This document shows positions 17,070-25,100 of a DNA stretch of 39,462 nt, in pieces (the first letter of the stretch is position 1; the number at the start of each line of letters is the position of its first letter). Under the pieces are notes generated by a model that had not been told where the DNA came from, searched no databases, and worked only from the letters and a program-made list of their open reading frames with translations. Origin of the DNA: Verrucomicrobiota bacterium (GTDB lineage Bacteria; Verrucomicrobiota; Verrucomicrobiia; Limisphaerales; UBA1412); NCBI GenBank assembly GCA_016283885.1, contig JAEENR010000198.1, positions 1 through 39,462 of the forward strand. Reading direction: 5' to 3'. A program made the translations under genes and the position numbers.

Positions 17070-18752
17070 TTATTCGATTTCGCGCGTGACACTGCGCACG
17101 GGTTTGGAGAGGATAAAGAGCAATCCGGCCACGCCCATCGCGAACCAGAAGATCCTCATGAACTGGCGGGACATCAGTATTCCCTGACTGTCTTCGCTCC
17201 GGATCTGCATGGGTGCCTGGATGATTTGGTTCATTTCACGTTCCTGATCCAAAAGGTCTTTCAGGTTTTGTTTTTCAGCAAAGTTGTTCTGACTGATCTG
17301 AGTCGCGTCCATAGCCGCCAGTCTTTCGTCCTGGTTCGATGATTCAATGATCGCGACCGGTGCTTTTTCTTCCGGTCCCTCACTGATATGTCCCGCGACC
17401 AGACCGGCGATCAGGTTGCCCAGTGAGCTGGCCAGGAACCAGATGCCCATCATCTGGCCGACCAGACGTTTGGGCGAGAGTTTGGAGACTGTGCTGAGGC
17501 CGACCGGACTGAGGCAGAGTTCACCCAGGGTATGAACCAGATAGGTGATGATGAGCCAGGTGGGCCATACCTGGGTATCATCCGAAACGATACGGGCACC
17601 CGCGGCCAGGATCAGGAATCCCAGACCCAGCATGATCAAACCCAGCGCGAACTTGATGATCAACGGCGGGTTGCAGTGATGTTTAGCCAGCATGGGCCAC
17701 ATCGAGGCCACCATGGGTGCCAGAATGATGATGAAAACCGGGTTCAGCGACTGGAACCAGCTGGCCGGAACCGGGTTGAACTGATCCAGCCATGGAGCGG
17801 GAAGGATCCCGCCCAGGAAACTGATGTCGCGCACGGTATAACGTTCGGCGAAAATGTTCATGGAGGAGCCGGCCTGTTCAAAGCCGGAGAAGAACATGGC
17901 CGAAGCGATGAAGAGCAGGGCGATCACGCCGACACGTTTTTTCTCGTTCGTGGTCAGTTTGGCAAAGAAGAACGCGTTGATGAAGAAGACTAAAGCCAGC
18001 CCCACGATGACGATAGCCGCTTTCTCGGCCAGTTTGACCGGATCCAGGGAGATCATTCCCAGCATACACAGTCCCACCAGGATCGCCAGCGATGCCAGAC
18101 AGGCATAAAGGATGTTCCAGGATCTTTGCGCGGGTTTCTCATCCGGACCACGCAGACCGATATTGCCCAGGTAATGGCCTGTCAGCTTGAACTGCATCAG
18201 ACCCAGTACCATGCCTAAGCCGGCGGCCGCGAAGCCGAGGTGCCAGTTGACTTTCTCGCCCAGGTATCCCACCAGCAGAGGTCCGATCGCCGAGCCGACA
18301 TTGATGCCCATGTAGAAGATCGTAAAGCCGGAATCCTGTTTCACACCGCCGTTCGGGTAAAGCTGGCCGACCATGACGCTGATATTGGGCTTGAGCAGAC
18401 CGGTACCCATGATGATCAGCAGCAGTCCCAGGAAGAAAGTATGCACACAGGGGACTGCCAGGGTGAACTGTCCGGCAACGATGAGCAGTCCGCCCACAAA
18501 GACAGCGTTGCGGGCTCCGATCAGGCGGTCCGCTACCCATCCGCCCGGCAGCGATGCCAGATAGACCGATGCCGTATAGAGACCATAAACGGCTGCCGCG
18601 GTCTTGTCATCCATTCCCAAACCGCCTTTTTGCACAAGCGAAGTCAGGAACAGAATGAGAATACCTCTCATGCCGTAGTAACTGAAACGCTCCCACATCT
18701 CTGTAAAGAACAGAGTGCGGAGCCCTTTGGGGTGACTGTTCAGACCAAACAT
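17070..18752 (-). CDS. proton-dependent oligopeptide transporter (POT/PTR2 family, DtpT-like)
   Basis: FFTEMWERFSYYGMRGILILFL (ExxERFxYYG motif), WVADRLIG and FYMGINVGS are PTR2 signatures. 560 aa. Confidence 0.9.
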   Translation of the reverse strand: MFGLNSHPKGLRTLFFTEMWERFSYYGMRGILILFLTSLVQKGGLGMDDKTAAAVYGLYTASVYLASLPGGWVADRLIGARNAVFVGGLLIVAGQFTLAVPCVHTFFLGLLLIIMGTGLLKPNISVMVGQLYPNGGVKQDSGFTIFYMGINVGSAIGPLLVGYLGEKVNWHLGFAAAGLGMVLGLMQFKLTGHYLGNIGLRGPDEKPAQRSWNILYACLASLAILVGLCMLGMISLDPVKLAEKAAIVIVGLALVFFINAFFFAKLTTNEKKRVGVIALLFIASAMFFSGFEQAGSSMNIFAERYTVRDISFLGGILPAPWLDQFNPVPASWFQSLNPVFIIILAPMVASMWPMLAKHHCNPPLIIKFALGLIMLGLGFLILAAGARIVSDDTQVWPTWLIITYLVHTLGELCLSPVGLSTVSKLSPKRLVGQMMGIWFLASSLGNLIAGLVAGHISEGPEEKAPVAIIESSNQDERLAAMDATQISQNNFAEKQNLKDLLDQEREMNQIIQAPMQIRSEDSQGILMSRQFMRIFWFAMGVAGLLFILSKPVRSVTREIE

Positions 18753-18860
18753 CCTGTGTTTGAGTATAAATCAGGAAAGGCGCTGTTTCAATCCGCTATT
18801 TTTTCAGCGGGATAATATATTGGATGCGGGGAGGAAAGGGGAAAAGTGTTTGACGGCGCA

Positions 18861-19208
18861 TCATACGCTGTAAACGTATAAGGTCGCCTCACTTGTGGAG
18901 ATATGGAATTCGGTCGAGATCCGTTCGATGATCTGCAGGTCGGTCAATCCCAGCTGGCGATATGCCATCGTCAAAAGCCGGATCCCCGTCATTCGTTCTG
19001 TCAGACGGCCTTCCAGTATGCCATTCTGACGGGCTTCTTTAAGAAGTTCATCCAGAGTGGGATCTTGCTTGTTTAGAGCTTTGGGATCGCTTTGTTCGTT
19101 CATCTTGTGTGGATCAATCCTTGTTTCAGTCCGCACGGACATGCCGCCAGACTCGCAGAACAACCTACCAGAGATCATTTCCCGGCGCAAGATTGAATCT
19201 TTTCCCAA
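18861..19208 (-). CDS. hypothetical small protein (start uncertain)
   Basis: The listed ATG abuts the terminator of the upstream gene, so an internal start is more likely (M at 19178, 19142 or 19103). The C-terminal part (...LEGRLTERMTGIRLLTMAYRQLGLTDLQIIERISTEF...) looks helix-turn-helix-like. No firm family assignment. Confidence 0.35.
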   Translation of the reverse strand: MGKDSILRREMISGRLFCESGGMSVRTETRIDPHKMNEQSDPKALNKQDPTLDELLKEARQNGILEGRLTERMTGIRLLTMAYRQLGLTDLQIIERISTEFHISTSEATLYVYSV

Positions 19209-19244
19209 AAAAATCCCCGACGATCGCTGCCGCCGGGGATTTTT
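19207..19244 (-). terminator. rho-independent terminator of the acyl-CoA synthetase fusion gene
   Basis: On the minus strand the stem atccccg...cggggat is followed by T7 (complement of A-run 19207-19213). Confidence 0.75.
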
Positions 19245-19263
19245 GAGTACTTAGCTGTTGGGG

Positions 19264-21564
19264 CTAGTGTTTGCCGGAGTTGTCTTTTTCACGCAGGGCC
19301 GCGCGGCGTATCTTGCCGTTGACGGTCTTGGGCAGTTCTGTTACAAATTCGATCATGCGAGGATATTTGTATGGAGCTGTGTGCGTTTTGACATAGTCCT
19401 GGATCTCTTTTTTGAGGGCATCATCGCCGGTCTTGCCTTTGGTCAGGACGATGGTGGCCTTGACGATCTTGCCGCGGACGGGATCCGGCACGCCGGTGAC
19501 GGCGCATTCCAGGATGTACGGCAGTTCCATGATCACACTTTCCACCTCAAAAGGTCCGACCCGGTAGCCGGAGGTCTTGATGATGTCGTCGGCGCGTCCC
19601 ATATACCAGTAGTAGCCGTCTTCATCCGTCCAGGCCTGGTCGCCGGTGTGGTAATAGCCGTCGTGCCAGGCGGCCTCGGTGTCTTCGGGATTGTCCACGT
19701 ACTGGCGCATCAGGCCGCAAGGCGGATCGTTGGGATCGGCCTTGATGCAGATCTCGCCTGTTTCGCCCATGGGTACCGGTTTGCCGTCGGGATCCAGCAG
19801 GGTGACCTGATACTGAGGATTAGGTTTGCCCATGGAGCCCGGACGCGGTTTGACCCCGGTATAGGTGCAGAGGGTCAGGGTCGTTTCGGTCTGGCCAAAG
19901 CCTTCATGAGCGATCTGACCGGAAACCCGCGCGAATTGTTCGGTGACTTCCGGCGGCATGGCTTCGCCCGCGGTGGTGATATGTTCCAGCGTGGAGAAGT
20001 CGTACTGCGAGAGGTCTTCTTTGACCAGGAAGCGGAAGATGGTCGGCGGCGCGCAGAAAGTCGTGATGCCGTACTGTTTGAACATCGGCAGCATATCCGC
20101 GGCGTGGAAGCGGTCAAAGTCATAAGTAAAGACAGCCGCTTCGCAGAGCCATTGTCCGTAGATCTTGCCCCAGATGGCTTTGCCCCAGCCGGTGTCGGCC
20201 ACGGTAAAGTGGATGCCTTTGGGGTTGACTTTGTGCCAATGGAGCGCGGTCATGATATGGCCGAGAGGATAGGCGTAGTCGTGTTCGACCATCTTGGGAT
20301 AGCCGCTGGTGCCGGAGCTGAAGAAGATCAGCATGGGATCTCTGGTTTTCTGCTCGGCAGGACGCTCGAACACAGCGGGGAAGTTGGGATACATGGCATC
20401 GAAGTTCATCCAGCCGTCTTTTTCACCGTTCACGGTCAGTTTCCACTGAAGTGACGGTGTGGAGGCGGCCACAGAGTCCACAGCATCGGTCACGCCGCCG
20501 GTGGCGGTGCAGACCACGCACTTGATGTGGGCTTTGTTGATGCGGTATTCGATATCGTGTCCCAGCAGCTGAACGGGAGCGGGAATGGCCACAGCGCCCA
20601 GTTTGTGCAGGGCGTTGAGCAGATACCAGAACTGGTAATGACGGCGCACGATGAGCATGACACGGTCACCGCGGCGGATACCCAGTGAATGGAAGAGATT
20701 GGCCGCGCGGGAGGAGTTTTCGGAGATATCCCGGAAGGTGAGGTCACGTTTCTCTTTCTCGTTGGAAACCCAGCGCATGGCCAGTTTTTCCGGATATTTC
20801 TGAGCCAGATGATCCAGCACATCAAAGGCAAAGTTGAATTTCTCAGGAACATGGAAACGAACGTTCGTCAGTTGTCCGTTCTCGTCCCATTCTTCCGTCA
20901 TGTATTTGGTGTAGAGCAGTTTTTTCGGTTCTTCACCGGAAGCCGGAGCCTGTGTCTTTTTGACCGGTTCAGCCGCGAAGGAATCGGGGATCTGTTCGCC
21001 GTAATCGGTGCGGATAACGATGGAAAGGAATTTGCAGTCCGTTCCGCCCACAGCAGCCAGGGCGTGAGGATAGCGTCCGTCAAAGTACATCGTGTCTCCC
21101 TCATGGAGGATCTCGGTCTTGTCTTTGAGGGCGGCTTTAAGGGTGCCTTTAATGATGAGAATGAATTCCTGGCCGGAGTGAGTGGAGAATTTCAGCTCTT
21201 CGTCTTCGCCTTTATATGGTGCGGTGACAATAAAAGGTTCTCCCTGACGATCTTTTAGGTGGATCGCCTGGTGAAGATAGGAGAATCCCGGACGGCGTGC
21301 CAGAGAGAATCCTTCTCCTTTGCGTGTAATGGTGTAGTAGCTGAGGTTGGGGGATTCTCCGCTGATCAGCGAGGAGACATCCAGTTTGTAGAACTCCGCC
21401 AGCTTATAATAGAAGGAAAATGGCGCGGCCTTGTCTCCGCCGGATTCATATTCATGATATTCGGCAGGAGTGACACCTACATGGGCGGCCACTTGCTCTT
21501 CTGTGAGACCGGCTTCTTCGCGAAGTTCGCGAATACGCAAGCAGATCTGTGATAAACCTTCCAT
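19264..21564 (-). CDS. fusion protein: XRE-type HTH + cupin (PuuR-like regulator module) + AMP-forming medium-chain acyl-CoA synthetase (ACSM/MacS-like)
   Basis: aa 1-60: IRELREEAGLTEEQVAAHVGVTPAEYHEYESG (HTH_XRE). aa ~110-185: GQEFILIIKGTL...EGDTMYFDGRYPHAL (cupin). From ~aa 215: FNFAFDVLD, FFSSGTSGYPKMV (AMP-binding P-loop), GQTE, YHTGD, GRADDIIKTSGYRVGPFEVES and the C-terminal NGKIRR. It is a single uninterrupted 766-aa ORF. Confidence 0.85.
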   Translation of the reverse strand: MEGLSQICLRIRELREEAGLTEEQVAAHVGVTPAEYHEYESGGDKAAPFSFYYKLAEFYKLDVSSLISGESPNLSYYTITRKGEGFSLARRPGFSYLHQAIHLKDRQGEPFIVTAPYKGEDEELKFSTHSGQEFILIIKGTLKAALKDKTEILHEGDTMYFDGRYPHALAAVGGTDCKFLSIVIRTDYGEQIPDSFAAEPVKKTQAPASGEEPKKLLYTKYMTEEWDENGQLTNVRFHVPEKFNFAFDVLDHLAQKYPEKLAMRWVSNEKEKRDLTFRDISENSSRAANLFHSLGIRRGDRVMLIVRRHYQFWYLLNALHKLGAVAIPAPVQLLGHDIEYRINKAHIKCVVCTATGGVTDAVDSVAASTPSLQWKLTVNGEKDGWMNFDAMYPNFPAVFERPAEQKTRDPMLIFFSSGTSGYPKMVEHDYAYPLGHIMTALHWHKVNPKGIHFTVADTGWGKAIWGKIYGQWLCEAAVFTYDFDRFHAADMLPMFKQYGITTFCAPPTIFRFLVKEDLSQYDFSTLEHITTAGEAMPPEVTEQFARVSGQIAHEGFGQTETTLTLCTYTGVKPRPGSMGKPNPQYQVTLLDPDGKPVPMGETGEICIKADPNDPPCGLMRQYVDNPEDTEAAWHDGYYHTGDQAWTDEDGYYWYMGRADDIIKTSGYRVGPFEVESVIMELPYILECAVTGVPDPVRGKIVKATIVLTKGKTGDDALKKEIQDYVKTHTAPYKYPRMIEFVTELPKTVNGKIRRAALREKDNSGKH

Positions 21565-21663
21565 ACGAATGAATAATAATTATTTAACTAATAACAACAT
21601 ATAATGTTTTCCGCATAACGCGATGCGGGGTATCTGTTCCGGCAGAGCCGGACAGAAGGGGGC

Positions 21664-21691
21664 AGTTTAACCTTTTTTACGCAATAGTCAA
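21664..21691 (-). promoter_or_regulatory. sigma70-like promoter candidate for the fusion gene
   Basis: On the minus strand: TTGACT (complement of 21686-21691), 16-nt spacer, TAAACT (complement of 21664-21669). This would give a ~100-nt leader containing two GC-rich hairpins. Confidence 0.25.
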
Positions 21692-21720
21692 TAACAGAGA
21701 ATGATTTCTAAATGCCATAT

Positions 21721-21804
21721 CAAGAACCACAAATGGGATTGAAAGAAACCCGGATGGAACTGAAAGAACCACAGATGCACACAGATACACACAGATATTT
21801 TTTT
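21721..21804. repeat. phased direct-repeat array: 3 x 21 nt, then 3 x 10 nt, then T7
   Basis: AAGAACCACAAATGG (21722), AAGAAACCCGGATGG (21743) and AAGAACCACAGATGC (21764) start exactly 21 nt apart. ACAGAT then recurs at 21771, 21781 and 21791 (10-nt period, CACAGATRCA). T7 follows at 21798-21804. Confidence 0.8.
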
Positions 21805-21872
21805 GACAGGATTTATAAGATTCACAGGATGAAAAAATTAAATTCAGTGAATTTTGTCAAAAATTCATCCTT

Positions 21873-21908
21873 GCGAGGCCGACGTTCGGTGCGAGGCCGG
21901 CGTTCGGT
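21873..21908. repeat. 18-bp tandem duplication (2 copies, 1 mismatch)
   Basis: gcgaggccgacgttcggt (21873-21890) / gcgaggccggcgttcggt (21891-21908). Confidence 0.85.
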
Positions 21909-22106
21909 TCTGTCACCGGTTCCCGGTGAGTGTATATATTATCGTCTTACCAGGGGTTACGCTGCGCTTATCCCCAGCTATTATCATATCACCCCTGACG
22001 GGGTTTCAGAATGAATCCCTGCGGGATTTTTAGGATGAAATAAGTCTTAACAAGAGGCTTCGGGATGAGTAAAATAAGGACGCGTTGCGCTGCAGAAAGG
22101 TTTGAT

Positions 22107-25100
22107 ATGGTTAATTTAATGAAATTATGGCACAAACGTATGAAACAGAATAAGTTATTTTTGGTTTTCACGTTCCTGACGGGAGCATGGATGTTGATGG
22201 GAACAATGGCTTACGCGGATGAGTTGCTCTGGACGATAGGGACACCGGATAAGTCGGACGCGGAGTTTTTGGGAGCGCCCAATGAATACACCCGCTGTCC
22301 GCAAATGGCACAGTACGTTATCGGAGAATCGGTTCCGCAGAAGGATTGGCCTTTTATGCAGCTGGGACCGGCGGACGCGTGGGGAGGCTCCTGCGCGCAT
22401 ACCAATCAGATCATTTTCTCGCTGAAGGAGAAACCGGCGGAAAATCAGGAATGCCGCCTGGTCCTGCATTTCAAGAACGTCCATAAGGAAGTACCGCCGA
22501 TGCTGGAGCTTCGTCTGAACGGACAAGTGGCGTGCAAGCTTCAGCTCAAGTCAGGTCAGGGAGACGCGCTGGCGCAGGGCCGCGTCAAAGAGGTGATCGG
22601 CCAGCAGGAAGAGGTGCGGATCAACAGTTCGCTGCTGAATCAGGGAGAGAATTTTTTGCAGATCGCCAATATCAATGGCAGCTGGCTCTATTATGACGCG
22701 ATCCAGTTTTTTGTGCCCGGACCGGATTTTGCCTTAACGATCCCCAGCGATACCGGAGAATCGCTGAAGATACTGAAAGTTTCTTCCTCGGGTGTCCTGC
22801 TGAGGGGAGGAGATAAGCAGGTTTACGCGCCTGTGGAGCTCATGCTGGGCTATGTGGGCAAACCGCGGAGTGTGGAGTTCCTTTTCAACGGAAGCAAAGT
22901 GGGGGAAGGGGATCTGGTACTGGGCGGCCAGGTGATCGAGCTGACGCTGCCGGTAAAGGGGAGACTTTCCGGAACGAAGAAAGGGACGCTGCTGATCTGC
23001 GCGGGTGGCGAAACGCTTGCCAGAAGTCAGATCAGCGTTGACATGCCCAAGCTGAAACAGTTTTACCTTTTCCCTCATTCCCATGTGGATATCGGCTACA
23101 CGCACCGCCAGGATGACGTGGTCGGGATACAGGAGGATAATATGAATGTGGCGATCGGCCTGGCCGAAGCCAGCAAGGACGCGCCGCCGGAAGCCCGTTT
23201 CAGATGGAATCCGGAGAGCTTGTGGGTAACCGATCACTATCTGGCCGAGGAAAGCAATATCAACAAGGAACGTTTTTTGGAAGCGGTGCAGAATGGCTCT
23301 GTCAGTCTGGACGCGCTTTACGGGAATCTGCTGACGGGACTCTGCCGTCCGGAGGAGCTTTACCGCGGTGTGGGGTATTTTTCGCAGTGGGCGCAGGATC
23401 AGACCGGAGTGCCGATCCGGTCCGCGGCGATCTGCGATGTGCCCGGCTACACCTGGGGCACGATGGCGATGATGGGACAGGCCGGGATCAAATACTTCGC
23501 GATCGCGCCGAACTACTCCGACCGTATCGGATCGGTGCACGCGGTCTGGAACGACAAGCCGTTTTACTGGGTCTCGCAATCCGGCCAGGAGAAAGTGCTT
23601 TGCTGGATCACGGCGCATTACTGGAAACACGGCGATCTGGAAGCGGAAGTGCTGAATCACCTGAAAACGCGCCAGACGAGCGATTATCCTTACGATCTGG
23701 AATGGATGTACTGGATCGCGGCGCGCAGCAATGGTGACTGCGATAATTCGCCGCCGGATACCCATCTTTCCGAAAGCGTCCAGCAGTGGAACCGGAAGTA
23801 TATCGCCCCGCAGCTGGTGATCGGCACGGCCAAGACGTTTTTCCCGCTGTTTGAAAAGAAATACGGGAAACAGCTGCCGGAATACAGCGGCGATATGACC
23901 CCGTACTGGGAAGACGGCGCGGCCAGCACATCGGCGGAAACCGGCTTGAACCGCCGTTCCGCGGATAAGCTCTCCCAGGCGGAAACATTGTGGGCTGTTC
24001 TGAGATTGACCGAGCGCCCGGCGGAAGCATTCCGGGAAGCCTGGAAGAATGTGCTGCTCTACAGCGAGCATACCTGGGGAGCCTATTGCAGCATATCCAA
24101 ACCGGATGATCCATTTACCACGAGCCAGTGGGCCAGAAAACGCCAGTTCGCGCTGGACGCAGCGGATCAGGCGGAAGCTTTGTTGAAACAGGGCGCGATG
24201 GATCAGGGTGGAGACGATTCAAAGAAGGTGCAGCTCTGGAACACGACCCAATGGCCTCGCACGGAATTGGTGAAGGCCACACCGGTGATGGCGAAACAGG
24301 GCAGCCTAGTGAAAAATGCCGCGAATGTGACGATGCCTTCACAGCGTCTGCGAAACGGTGATCTGGTTTTCCTGGCCAAAGATGTGCCGGGTTTGAGTGC
24401 GCGTTCTTATGAAGCATTCCAAGGTGACTCGGTGCCGCCGGTTCAGGGTGTCCGAGTGGAAGGAAATCAACTGATCTCTTCGGAACTGATCGTGACATTG
24501 GATGAAGAGACCGGTGCGATCAAAGAACTGCGCATCCCCGGCGACGATCACAATTTTGTGGATACACAAGCGCCGGTGCGTGTGAATGACTACCGTTACC
24601 TGAAAGGAACCAACCCGGCGGACGCGCTTCCGAATGGCAAGGTGACGATCACCGCAGGCGAGACCGGCCCGCTGGTGGCATCGCTGATCGTGACTTCCGA
24701 CGCGCCCGGATGTGTTGACCTGGTGCGGGAGGTTCGTCTGGTTGCCGGTGAGCGCAGAGTAGAAGTCATCAATCATGTGAACCGCGAACTGGTTCGTGAA
24801 AAAGACGCAGTGCATTTCGGTTTTGCTTTCAATGTGCCGGGCGGACAGGTCCTTATGGAGACCCCGTGGGCAGTGGTTCGTCCGAATAAAGATCAGCTGC
24901 CGGGTTCGTGCTACAACTGGTTCACGGTGCAGCGCTGGGTGGATATCTCCAATGACGAGTATGGAGTCCTGTGGGCACCGGTGGACGCGCCGCTGATGCA
25001 GATCGGAGGGATCACCGCGAACCTGCTGGGTTCTGTCCGTCTGGATGAATGGATGACTGAAGCTAATGAATCGCAGATGATCTATTCCTGGGCGCAGAAT

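Noticed and set aside
19258-20454. 398-aa plus-strand ORF (and 20689-21258) overlapping the acyl-CoA synthetase fusion gene
   Set aside because: It is antisense to a gene with unambiguous AMP-binding motifs. The composition is G/A/D/R-rich and no motif is present.
21721-21908. Possible CRISPR array
   Set aside because: The repeats are only 10-21 nt long, occur in 2-3 copies and abut each other without unique spacers. No cas genes are in the window.
21712-22014. 100-aa ORF in the divergent intergenic region
   Set aside because: Its peptide periodicity (LKETRME/LKEPQMH, RGRRSV/RGRRSV) is simply the translation of DNA direct repeats. I treat the region as a repeat/structured element rather than a CDS, although the terminator-like hairpin at its stop keeps a small doubt.
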